From NCBI GenBank assembly GCA_014905635.1, contig JABVCE010000008.1, positions 868,001-932,000 of the forward strand: a stretch of 64,000 nucleotides of DNA, written 5' to 3'. The notes under the pieces were generated by a model. It was not told where the DNA came from, did not search any database, and saw only the letters and a list, made by a program, of their open reading frames with translations. Positions 48,809 to 60,700 of this stretch are shown here, one piece after another. Each line of letters begins with the position of its first letter. Positions within the stretch are counted from its first letter, which is position 1. This DNA comes from Scenedesmus sp. PABB004. Its lineage: Eukaryota. Both the position numbers and the translations under genes were made by a program.

Positions 48809-51800
48809 GCAGCGGGCGCTGCGGGAGGCGGCGGCGCGTGGGAGCAGGCGCAGCGCGGGCGGAGCGCGGGCTGAGTGCGCGTGCGCGGCGTGTGCGCCCG
48901 CAGGTGGTGGCCAAGCTCGTGCGCGTGAAGGACCCCGCCGCCGCCACGGCGCTCGAGGTCGCCGCCGGGGGGCGGCTCTACCAGGCGCGCGCCCGCCCGC
49001 GCGGCTGGGCGCCGCGCGGCGCCCCCGCGCCCGCCGCCGGGCGGCTCACTGGGCCGCGCGGCCCGGCCGGCCGACGCGCCGCGCCGCACTGCTGCCGCCG
49101 CCGCGCTGCCAGGTGGTGGTCGACACGGACGCGAGCGCCAAGGCGCTGCTGGAGCGCGGGCAGCTCACCAAGCGCGTCACGATCATTCCGCTCAACCAGG
49201 CGCGCCGCCCTGGGGGCTGGGAGGGGGTGGGGGCAGCGCAGCAACGCACACATGGGCAGGCGCTGGCCGCGCCGCCGCGGCGGCCACGTGAGCGGGCGCC
49301 CCGCTGGGCCGCCGCCGCGCCGCAGGTGCGCTACAGCGAGGCGGCACCCGGCGTGCTCGCGGCGGCGGAGCGCCTCGGCGGCGGCAAGGCGCAGCCGGCG
49401 CTGCAGCTGGTCGGCTACGAGCCGGACGTGGAGGCGGCGGTCAAGTACGCGTTTGGCCCGTCCTTCATCTGCAAGGCGCGACAGCAGGGGGGGGGGCTAG
49501 GAGCTGGCGGCGGGCGCGGCCAGCTTGCGGCCAGCCGGGTCTCGAGCGCGCGCCGCTGAGCCCGACGCATGTGTGCGCGCGCGCGCAGGACGCGGGCACG
49601 GCCAAGAAGCTCGCGTTTGCGCGCGAGGTCGCGCAGCGCTGCATCACGCTCGAGGGTGACGACTTCAACCCCGGCGGCCTGCTCACGGGTGCACGGCGGC
49701 GCGCCGGCAGGCCGCCCGCCGCAGCGTGGCGCGGCGCGCGCGCGACGGCGGCGGCGCGCGCGCTGACCTGCGGCCGGGCGGCGGCGCCGCCGCCCGCGCG
49801 CGCAGGCGGCAGCCGCGGGTCGGGCGGCAGCCTGCTGCTGAAGCTGCACGAGCTGCTGGCGGCGGAGGACGCGCTCGCGGGCGCGCAGGCGCGCCTCGCC
49901 GACGCGGAGGCGCAGCTCGCGGCGCTCGCGCCGGTGGCCAAGCAGTACAGGAAGTGAGCGGCGCGGCAGGGTGGTGCTGCGCGCCGGCCGCCGGCGCCGC
50001 CGGCGCCGACCGCCCGCCCCCCCCCCCCCCCCCCGTGCCGCGTGTCGCGCGCCGCGCAGGCTGCAGCAGGACCTGGAGCTGCAGCAGAACGGCCTGGAGC
50101 TGCTGCAGGGCCGCATGCAGGGCAGCGAGGGCCACCAGCTCGCCGAGGCGCTCGCGGCGACCGAGGCGCAGCTCGCGGCGGCGCAGGAGGAGGCCGACGG
50201 CGCGGCGCGCAAGAAGGCCGACATGGTCGCGCTCGCCAAGGCGCGCCGCCGTGCCGCCGCCGCCGCATGCTGGCGCTGGCCGCGGCCGCGCGCCGCGCCG
50301 CGGCTGACGCTGGCCTGCCCGCCGCCGCGGCCGCAGCGGCTGGAGCGGGAGATCGCTGACTTCAGCAAGGACACCGACAAGCGGGTCAAGGCGGCAAAGG
50401 CCAAGCTCAAGGCCGCCAAAACGGTGCGGCCGCGCGCCTGCCTGGCTGGCGCGCTGGCGGGCTGGCGCGCTGGCCCAGGCGGCGCTCGGCGCGGGGCGCC
50501 CACGGCCGGCGCCGCCCCGCCGCGCAGGCGCTCGAGGGCGCGCGCAAGGCGCTGCGCGCCGCCGAGGCGGCACTGGCCGAGGCGGCCGCGGAGCGCGACG
50601 CGGGCGCGGGCGAGCGCGGGCAGCTGGAGCAGCAGGTCGCGGCGAGCCAGGCGGCCATCGCGGGTGCGGGCCGGTGCTGTGATTGATTGAATCTGGGCGG
50701 CGCGCGGCCAGCCGGCCGACCGCTGACCGCCCGTCGCCGACCGCGCAGGCCTCGCGGGCGAGGTGGAGGCGCTCAAGGCGCAGGTGGACGCCACGAGCGC
50801 GCAGCACGCGGACGCGGCGGCGCAGCTCGAGGCCAAGCGCGCGCGGCTGCGCGAGTGCGACGCGGGTGCGTGCCGCGCGTGCGGCCGCGCCGCCGGGCGG
50901 CGCGGCGCGCGACGGGGGTCGCGGGCCGCGCGGCGGCTGACCGCCGGCCGCGCCTCGCTCGCGTCGCCACAGAGATCCGTGGGCTCGAGAAGGAGCGCCA
51001 GGCGCTGCTCAAGAAGGCGGAGCAGCTGGAGGTGGAGCGCCGCCGGCGCGACAACAAGTGCGCGGCGGCGCACCGCGCACACCCGCGCCGCGCCGCGGGC
51101 TACTGGCCCTGCCGGGTCCCGCCGAGCCCCGCCGCCCCCGCCCGCACGCGCGTGCTCGCGCAGGCTCTCCGCGCGCCGCGCCGAGGCGGGCAGCGGCGCG
51201 GAGCGGCTGCGCCGGCTGGAGGCGGACTACGAGTGGGTGTCGCGCGAGAAGGCGAGCTTTGGCCGCGGCGAGTACGACTTTTCCCGCGTCGACACCGCGG
51301 CGCTCTTCCGGGAGTACGAGGAGACGGAGGCGCGGCTCAAGGCGCTGCGCGAGCAGGGCGCCATCCAGCGCCAGGTGGGGCCGGAGCAGGGCACGCGCGC
51401 GCGCGCGCGCGCCGTCCCGGCGCGGCGGCGGACGCGCGCAGGGGGGCCGCGCCGCGGCTCCTAAACCCACGCCCGCGCCGCCGGGCCGCGCCGCGCCCGC
51501 CAGGCGGAGCTCATGTACCGCCGCAACAAGGAGGAGGTGGAGGGCCTGCAGGCCAAGCGCAAGCAGGTGCTGCCGCGCGCCGCGCCGCGCCGCGCCGCGC
51601 CGCGCCGCGCCCAACCGCGCCAGTGCCAGCGCCAGCGCCGGCGCCAGCGCCAGCGCTGGCACCAACGTTGTCCCGCCACCCCGCCGCCCCGCCGCCGCTC
51701 CACCTCGCCCGCGCAGGTCCAGGACGACCGCACGCAGATCACGGCCGTGATCAGCCAGCTGGACGAGAAGAAGCGCCTCGCGCTGGAGGAGACGTGGAAG

Positions 51801-52322
51801 CAGGCGCGCGCGCTCGCACCCCGCCGGCTGCGCGCACGACGCGGGCAGCGCCGCGCCGCGCTGCCTAGCCCCCCTTGGGCGGGCGGGCAGGCGGGCGGCG
51901 TGACACGCCCTCCACCCTCCCCGCCCCCCGTGGTGCGCAGGTGGACGGCGACTTCAACGCCATCTTCAGCACGCTGCTCCCGGGCACGTCCGCGCGGCTC
52001 ACGCCGCCCGAGGGTGGCACCTTCCTCGACGGCCTCGAGGTGCGACCGCCGCGCGTGGCGGGGCGGGGAGGGCGCGGCGGCGCCACGTGGTGTGAGCCGC
52101 CCGGCCCGCGCGCGTGCGCGCGCGCTGAGCTGACGGAGCGCTCCGCCCCTGCCGCTGCGGCGCAGGTGCGCGTCGCGTTTGGCGGCGTGTGGAAGGAGTC
52201 GCTCACCGAGCTCAGCGGCGGCCAGCGCAGCCTGCTCGCGCTCAGCCTGGTGCTCGCGCTGTGCAGGTGCGCGGCCGCGCCCGCTCGTCCGCGCGCTCCA
52301 TGCGCCTCCGCACCGTCCGCGC

Positions 52323-52418
<96 letters not shown>

Positions 52419-52829
52419 TCAAGCCCGCGCCCATCTACATCCTCGACGAGGTCGACGCGGCGCTGGACCTCAACCACACGCAAAACATCGGGGCCATGAT
52501 CAAGCAGCACTTCCCGCAGGTCCGGCGCCGCGCACCGCGCCACACACTGCACCCGCGCCGCGCCGCGCCGCGCCGCGACCCCGCCGACGCGCGCCCCGCG
52601 GCCCTCCACCCCCCTGCAGAGCCAGTTTATCGTTGTGAGCCTGAAGGAGGGCATGTTCAACAACGCCAACGTCATCTTCAGGACCAAGTTCGTGGACGGC
52701 GTGAGCACCGTCACGCGCACCGTCAACGACACGGGCAGCGGGCGCGAGAACGCGGCCGCGGGCGGCAAGGCGGCGGCCGCGCGCGGCGGCGCGGGCCGCG
52801 CGGCACTGCGGGACAGCAACCGCGCGTGA
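45983..52829 (+). CDS. SMC2: Condensin subunit SMC2, ~27 exons
   Basis: [46 protein letters not shown], hinge ([33 protein letters not shown]), [38 protein letters not shown]. Confidence 0.97.
52326..52415. repeat. (CA)~45 microsatellite directly abutting a 3' splice site in SMC2
   Basis: Perfect CA run ending ..acacag|gttcaag (FKPAP exon). Confidence 0.97.
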
Positions 52830-52899
52830 CGCGCCGCGGCCGCGCGGGCTGGGGCGGGGTGGGGGCGGGCGGTTGACCGACGCGGGCGGGCTGGCGGCG

Positions 52900-52904
52900 T
52901 GTAA
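52900..52904 (+). promoter_or_regulatory. TGTAA poly(A) signal of SMC2
   Basis: gcgtgtaaac ~70 bp after the stop codon. Confidence 0.6.
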
Positions 52905-53054
52905 ACTAGCCGACTTCGTCACACCCGACCCTCGCGGGGCCGCGCCCTCCCTCCCCAGCGGCCCCCCGCTCCGCGTACTGTACAGCGCGCTCTCACTCGC
53001 TCTCTCACACGCTCAGCAGCAACAAGTCAAGTCACAGTCAAAGTCTCCGCGGCG

Positions 53055-56000
53055 TCAGTAGCCGAGCGGCGCGCCGTCCTTGCGCGCGTCGCTCGCGGCC
53101 AGCAGCACGCCGCGCGCCGCGCCGCCGCCGGCCGCGTGGTCGCCGCCGCGCAGCTGCAGCCCCTCGGCCGCCGCGGCGCCGGCGTCATAGCTCACAAAGA
53201 TGGCCTGCGCGACGCCGAGCGCAAACGCGGCCGGCGTCGTGACCTGCCCGCGCGCGCGCAGCGCCGACACCGCGCCCGCCGGCAGCTGGTGATCGGTGCG
53301 CCCCCTGCGGCGCGGCGCGGCGCGGTGTGGGCGGCCGCCCGGCGGGCACACGCGGGAACAGGCAGGCACGCGGGCGCGCCGGCCCCGCTGCGCCCGCCCC
53401 CCGGGGCCTCACCAGCTGACGTTCTCGAAGAACGCGTCCGCCCGCGGCAGCAGCTGGTCGTGCACGCGCGCGCCCGACACCGCGGCGCCGACGTCGGCGC
53501 CCTCGAGCAGCAGCCGCGCGAGCGTGGTGAGCGTCGCGCTGACGATGAGCGGCCCGCCGCTCGCGCCCGCGGTCGCCACGAGGCGCCCGCTGCGCGCGTG
53601 CGCCACGACGAGCGGGCTCATCGCCGACAGCGGGCGGCGCCCCGGGTAGATGAAGTTGGCCTCGCTGGCGTGCGGTGTGACGGTGCTCGACCTGCGCCAC
53701 GCGGGCGTGTGTGAGTGTGTGCGTGTGGGCGCGTGTGTGTCGGCGCCGCCCGCCGCGCCCCGCCGCCGCCGCCGCCGCCGCCGCAGCCGCGCTGTCCCCT
53801 GCCGTGAGCTCGGGCGCTCACGTGTTGGGGAAGGCAAAGTCGTCCATGGTGTTGCCGAGCAGGATGCCGGTCGAGGGAGACACGACCGCCGAGCCAAAGG
53901 GCCCGTTGACCGACGTCGTGACCGCCACGGCGTTGCGCTCCGCGTCGACGATGCTGAAGTGGGTCGTCCCGCGCTCCTCGGGTGGCGCGTCGCCGCGCGG
54001 GTTCCACCGCCCGCCGTAGGCCTCGTCCGGCAGCACGCCGTCGTCGCGCGTCGCGGCGCGCAGCGACGCAGCGAAGCGGGCGTCCAGCAGGTCGGCCGCC
54101 GCGGCGGCGATGCGGTCGGCGTGCGGGAATGGCGCGGCCGGCGTGCCGGGGTCGCCGAGCGCCGTGCGCACGGCAAAGCCGTGCTTCATCGCCTCGACCT
54201 GCGCGCAGCGGCGGCGCGGCGTGTGGGCCGCCAGCGGCAGGCAGGGCAGCGGCGGGCGCGGCAGCGGCGAGCGGCGCGGGCGGCGCGCCGCACCAGCCGG
54301 TGCAGGCCCAGCCCGCCGTCGGCGGGGTGCGGTGCGGGGCCGAAGGCCGCGCGCGGCTGCGCCCCGCCCGGCGCGTCACTGCTGGCGTTGCTGGCGCCCG
54401 CCGTGAGCGCCGTGTTGCCATAGCCGGCCAGGAACTGCAGGGCGAACGCGACCACCGCCGCCGACGACGGCGGCGGCGGCAGCACCAGCTCCAGCTCGCC
54501 GACCGTCACGCGCAGCGGCTCGCGCACCGCGGGCTTGGCGGCCTGCAGGTCGGCCGCGCTGACGATGCCGCCGGCGGCCGCGATCTCGGCCGCCATCGCG
54601 GCGGCGACGTCGGGGCGGTTGAGGTAGGCCGGCCCCTCGGCAGCGACTGCGCGGCGCGGCGCGGCGCGGCGCATTGAGCGGGCTGCCGACGCGGCGGCCG
54701 GCGACGCGGCGGGCGGGGCGCGCGGTGAGCGCCCGCTCACTCTTGTCGAGCGTGTCGGCGAGGCGCGGGCGCTTGCAGCAGAGCTCGCCGACGCGCGGCA
54801 GCCGCCAGCCGCCGCCGGGCGTGGGCACCATGAAAGCTTCGCGCAGGCCGGGGCTCGCCTGCGCACGCCGCGCGGCGCGGCGCGGCGTGGGCGGGGAGCG
54901 CGGGGCTGCGTGGGCCGCGCGGGCGACGCCGGGCGGCGGCCGCGGCGGGCGCCGAGGCCCGGCGCGCGTGCGGCGCGCGCGCGGCGCGCACCGCGATGCG
55001 CGCGGCATTTCGGGGGCCGCTCATCACGTAGACCAGGTACGGGTGCGCGGCCATGCCCTGCCGCGCGAGCTCTGCCGCGGGGCGCACGAGCCGCGCCCAC
55101 GGCAGGCGGCCGTGCGCCGCGTGCAGCGCGCCGAGCCCGGGCAGCTCGCCCGGCACCGCCACTGCGAGGCCGCCGTCGAGGGAGGCGTTGGCGGGGAGGC
55201 CTGGCGGCGGCGCGGGAGGCACGGCGGGCGGCGGCGGCGCGCGTCGGCGGCGCACGGCGGCGCCCGGCGGCGGCCGCACGCGGCCGCGCGCTGTCCCACG
55301 CGCGGACCCGCAAACATGTCGGCCGTCGCCGCGGCGGGCGCGGTCTCTCGCGCGTCCCAGAAAGCCGCGCTGCCGTTGGCGAGGCGCAGCGTGATGAACG
55401 CGCCGCCGCCGAGGCCGCTGCTGCTGGGGTTGACGACGCCCAGGCACAGCGCGACCGCGACCGCCGCGTCGGCGGCGTGCCCGCCCTCGGCCAGCACGTC
55501 GCGCCCGACCTGGCTGCAGCGGCTGTTGTCCGCCGCGACCATGCCCTCCGCCGCCGCGGCCCGGCGGCTGAAGTTGCGGAAGTCAACCTGCGGGCAGCGG
55601 CGGCGCGGCGCGGCGTGGGCTGCCGCGCCCGGCCCCTCCGACACTAGCATGGCCCCACCCTCGCCCGCGCTGCGCGCTGCACGCTGCGGGGCCGCACCTC
55701 GGGCAGCGGCAGGCGGTTCACGACCTCGCACCGCAGCCGGGGGCCGACGCAGGGCACGAAGCCCTCCCCGCCGCCGCCGTCCGGCGGCTCGGCCGCGAGC
55801 TGCGCAAAGCCCTGCGTCCCGCCGCCGGCGCCGACGTTCCACACCGCGCCGCCGCCGTCCTTGTCCAGCGCGTGCGGCGCCGCGGCGGCGGCGCCCTCGC
55901 CGCGCGGCGGCGCCTGCTCCCGCTGCACCGCGGCGGGCCGCGCCGCCAGCAGCACCGCGAGCAGCACGGCCGCCGCGATCATGGCGCCGCCGACTGCGGG

Positions 56001-56254
56001 CCGGCGGGAGCGCACGGCGGGCGGTCGGGCGGGGGACCGCCGCGGCGGGCCGCGACGCGGCGCGCGGCGCACGCACCCGCGGCGACCAGGCGGTGGCGGC
56101 GCCGCCGCGCGGCGCGCTCCTCCGCGTGCCGCGCCTCCGCCTCGTAGTCGCGGCTGCCCTTGTGCCCCCCGCCGCCCGCATGGAGCAGGCTCTCCACGTC
56201 CAGCGGCACGTACGTGAGCGGCGGGCCCCGTCCGCGGTCCTCAGGCGGCGCCAT
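53055..56254 (-). CDS. GGT: Gamma-glutamyltranspeptidase (glutathione hydrolase), multi-exon
   Basis: GMVAADNSRCSQVG..GGHAADAAVAVALCLGVVNPSSSGLGGG, DARETAP, AVPGELPG, GTTHFSIVD..TTSVNGPFGS, NTMDDF, PGRRPLSAMSP, GASGG, ASDARKDG. Confidence 0.95.
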
Positions 56255-56734
56255 CGCCCAGCCGCGGCGTCGCGGGCGGACGTCAGCGCATCAGCAGGGC
56301 CGCAGCTGCAGGCGCCGCAGCAGCCGCTCGGGTGGCGCAGCGTGCGGCGCGCGGGCAGCAGCGGCAGCAGCGGCAGCGGCGCTCGTCGCACTGCGCGGTT
56401 ACGGCAGCGCGCGGTGGACTGGATCAGTGGGCCCAGCGACGCGCGCCGCGGCGGCCATGCACGCTGCGCAGCGGCGGCGCAGCGGCGCGAGGGTCTGAGA
56501 CCTGCACGGCGCCTGCGGGCTTGCGGAGCCTCTCGCGCCCTCCAACGCGGCGGCCCTCTCTTCGCCCCTGCTGATCGCGCCGTCGGCCGCCGCTCGTCTG
56601 CTCGCGCAGCCGCCGCCCGCCGCACGACCACCGCCCGCGACCGCCGCCGGACGCCCCAGCGCCCTGCCCGGGCCGCGCGCAGGGCCGTGGCAAGAACGCG
56701 CCAGCGGCCGCGGCGGCGCGCGCCAGCAGCAGCG

Positions 56735-57555
56735 ATGGCAGCGGCGGCAGCGGCGCGCGGCGGCAGCGCCGCCCGCAACGCAGCCCTCGCGGTCGGCGGG
56801 CTCAGCGTGGCAGGCTACGCCGCCTACTACACCAGCCAGGCGAGCAGGGAGAGGGAGGGACAGGGCGCCGCGCGGCGATCGCGGCGGCGGGGCGGCAGCG
56901 CGGGCGGCAGCGAGCGGCGGCGCCGGCGCGTGGCGGCTGCTTGGCGGCTTGGCGGCGCCCGGGCTCACCGCGCGCCGCCGCCGCGGCCCGCAGAGCGGCG
57001 CGGTCAAGGCGCTCGAGCGCGAGGCGGACGCGCTGCAGACCAAGGCGTTTGTCGCGCGGGGGCGCTTCAAGCGCGCGGAGAGCGACATCGCCGAGTCGGA
57101 GGCGCTGATCGCCGCGCTCGCGCAGCAGAGCGAGCTCGGCGCGCGCGACGCGGCCGACCTGGAGGCGCGGCTCGAGGCCGCGCGGCGCTCGGTCGCGCAG
57201 CTCGAGGCGGCGGCGGAGCAGAAGAGCGCAGACCTGCAGCGCATGCGCGACGACATGGCGCAGGCGCGGCGGGGCGTGGGGCGCGACAAGGCGGCGGCGG
57301 CGGCGGCGGCGCAGCAGCGGCCGGCCCCCGCGCCGGCCGCGGCCGGCGCCGACGCGCCGCGCCGCGCGGCGGCGCCCGCCCCCGGCGCCGCAGGCGGCGC
57401 AGACGCGCGACGCGGCGCGCGGCGACATCGAGCGCTTCCGGTCAGAGGCGGCGATCGCGGAGCGCGCGCTCGCGGCGCTCGGCGCGCAGGTCGCAGAGGC
57501 GCGGAAGCAGCTCAACCCGCTGAACCACCCCGCGCTGCGCGAGTTCTACGGCCGC

Positions 57556-57586
<31 letters not shown>

Positions 57587-57591
57587 AATGA
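56735..57591 (+). CDS. Small N-anchored coiled-coil protein, unknown function (3 exons)
   Basis: Hydrophobic ALAVGGLSVAGYAAYY followed by heptad-rich KALEREADALQTK..ARKQLNPLNHPALREFY; stop at 57589-57591; codon usage like neighbouring genes. Confidence 0.6.
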
Positions 57592-57777
57592 TCGCCGCGC
57601 GCGGGGTTCTCTGCGCAGAGCACGCGCGACGCCGGCGGCGGTTGCTCCAGGAGCGAGAGCGCGGGGCGGGCACCAGGCAGCCGCGCGCGCGCCGTGTGAA
57701 CGCCGCCGCCGACCGCCGCCGCGTTCGAGCCCTTTCGCTGCGCCGCCGTTGACCCAACGCGGGCTGCACCCTCGCCA

Positions 57778-60700
57778 GGTGGCGCGCCGCAACACGCCGC
57801 GCATCCAGCAGGTGCTGCGCGAGCTGCTGCAGCACGCGGGCGGCGGCTGACGGCGAGCGCGCGGCCGGAGGGCGGTGGTGGGTGCTCGCGCGCGCGCGGC
57901 GCAGTTGCGTGCGGGTCCTGTGTCGTTTTGCCGTTGCTTGCTGTGTCGCTGGGCACGCTGCGGCAGGTGTTGGGAACCTGGTTGGCGCCGCTGGGTGCCC
58001 GTCGCCGCGCCCCTGAACCCCGCCCGCGCTCGCGCCCACGTGGGGCACCCTTATCGGTGTGCCCCGGCGTCGCGTGGTGCAGTCACAGGCCGGTCCACAC
58101 CGCACCGCGCTGACGGGCGGCCAGCCGGGGCCCCACGCGAGCCGCTGCTGCTCCCTGCACGCCGCGCTGCCCGCAGCCGCCCACGCAGCCGCCCACGCGC
58201 CAGCCCACGCGTCAGACTGGACCCAGACGCGCGCTCTCGGGCTCGATCCAGGGCGCCCAGCCCCGCCGCCGGGCGCCCGGCGCCGCAGCAGCAGCGGCGG
58301 GCGCAGCATCCCGGCGGCTCGTCGGCGCGCCGAGACCCGCCCCAGCGACGCCATGGCCGAGGCTCCGGACTTCCCAGCTCTCCTCCATCAGCGCCTGGCG
58401 GCCCCCGGAGCCGGGACGGCTGCCGACGACAGCGCGGCGCAGGAGCGGGGCGGCACGCCGGCGGCGTGGGCGCAGGGCACCCTGGGAGGCCGCGCTGGCG
58501 AGCGCGGCGATGCTGGAGGACGAGCCGCCGGCGCTTCAGCAGCTCAGCGGCGGCGACACGCGCACAGCAGGGGCTGGCGGCGGCCTGACCTGCGTGCCGT
58601 CGGGCGGCCCGGCGCCGGCCAAGCGCCCGCTGGCGCATGGCGGCGAGGCTGGCTGCAACAGCACCGACAGCGGCGGCAGCCCGGCCGCCAAGCGCTGGCG
58701 CGCCACCGCCGGCAGCAGCGCAGCGGGCGACAGCCTCGACGGCGGCCTCGCGGCAGCGGCAGGCGCTTTGGCTGCGCCTGCAGCTGAAGGCACGTCCGCA
58801 GACGTGCTGGAGCAGCAGGGACTGTGGGCGCAGCCGCGGCTGCCGCCAGCGCTGAGCACGCCGCCGCTGGCCCCGGCGCTGCGCAGGGCGAGCAGCGACA
58901 GCGGCAGCCGCAGCCTCGCCGCGCCGCGCACAGGCGGCTGGCACGTCGGCGCTTCGCCCGCGGCGGCTGCTGCCGCGGCAGCCGGCGCTGTCACAGCGCA
59001 GCCGCTCGACTCAGCGCTGAACGGCGGTGGCGGGGGCGGCGGCGCGTTCACGGCGGGGCAGCTGGCCACGCTCGAGCCGGTCGAGCTCGACCGGCAGACG
59101 AGGGCGCTCAGCAAGCTCGTGCGCCGGGGCAGCTGCAGCCAGACGGACGTGGACCGCTGCCGGCCGCCGCCCCTGCCGGGCTCAGTGGCAGCGCCGCCGC
59201 CGCCGCCGCCTGTGGTGGCGCAGCAGCGGGACAGCAAGGCGGTGCCTGAAGAGGGGCTGCTGCGGCGGTCGCAGCGGCTGCAGCGCAAGCCGCGGCACTG
59301 GGCGACAGAGGATGAGCAGAGTGCCGGCACCGGTGAGGGCGGCAGCGACGACGAGGGCAACAGCGAGGAGCCGGACGACGGCGAGGTGGTGCCTGCTGGC
59401 GTGGGGCGCAGCGGCGGTGCGGGCGGCGCGCCGTCCCGCGCTGTGACGTCCGTGGCCACGGTGAGCGGCTGCGTGCTGGCTGCCTGCCGCTGGCTGCGTG
59501 CTGCTGGCCAGGAACGCTGCTGCTGACGAGCTGCCGCTGCCTCTGCATTCCACAGAGCCAGATGCTGACCACTGGCACCATGCATACTGGTCTGACAGTG
59601 CGTGACGCGCTGGTGCACTCCCAGTTTGGCCTGCTGGTGCAGCCGCTGGAGCTGCTGCTCCGGCTGGTGGTGGACGGTGCGCCGGTGGCGCCGCCAGGTG
59701 CGGATCACGGCCGCATGCACAGAGTGAGCGGCCGGGTCTTGTCCGGCTCCGCAGCCGCGCGCGCTGCTCACTGCACCGCTTGCTCTGCTTCACAGCCGCC
59801 GGCCGCACGGTGCACCTGGTGCCCGCCACCAGCATAAACTGGTACCGGGCTGCAAAATATCACCTGCGCGGCCTGCGCGCCGCCGGGCTGGACGCATACC
59901 TGGGCCACAAAGTGACGGCCATGTCCAGCCACGGCGCCGACATCACGCTGCACCTGGCGGCGGCGGGCCGCGTCCAGCCGCAGCTGCCGCCGCCTGTGCT
60001 GGCGGGGGGCGAGCGCTTTCTGGCCAAGGTGCGGCTCCTTATGTGGCGCAGACGCGGCGGGCAGCCTCGCCTGCTGCTGAGCAGCCAAGCCCTGACTGGC
60101 CAGCCGCCCTGCCTGCGCTGCAGGACCTGGTGCTGTCTGACAGCTCTCTGGACAGCACTGGCGTCTTTCTCCACAGGGGCTTCGTGGAGGCGCTGTTTGG
60201 CGTGCTCAGGCAGCCGCTGGAGCTGCCGCTGCGGCTGTGCGTGGGCGGCGTGCCCACGGAGCTGCCGGCGCTCAGTGAGCGGCGGCCGCGCTGCGCAGGG
60301 CACGCGCCGGCAGCTGCGCCCGCGCCTCTCATTGGTGCCATCTGCCGCCCCGCACGCAGGAAGCCGCGGCCAGCGGGCCAGCACCACGGTGCGCCTTGCG
60401 CCGGCCAGCCCCGGCAAGCTGGATGACCCGAGCTACCGGCGCGAATACCGCCTGCGCGGCCTGGCCGCCGCCGGGCTGCATGCGTTCAAGGGCCGCCGCC
60501 TGACCAGCGTCGCCAGCGATGGCGCCAGCATCACGCTGCACGTGGAGGGCGAGCCTGGCCGTGGTGCGGACAGCGGCGGCGCGGGCAGCAACGGCACCAG
60601 CGAGGTGGAGGGTGAGGGCGGCAGCAGCCACGCGGAGGGCGACGCCAGCGGTGGCACGCGGTGCGGCGCCAAGGCCCCTGCGCAGCCGGCGCCACCAGCC

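Noticed and set aside
52179..52499. Poly-His/Thr or poly-Cys/Val proteins in the ORF track
   Set aside because: These are translations of the intronic (CA)n microsatellite.
27775..52829. Functional cluster of chromosome/mitosis genes (CENH3, RING1, MOB1, SMC2)
   Set aside because: Interspersed with unrelated genes and no shared regulatory signal seen; compatible with chance.
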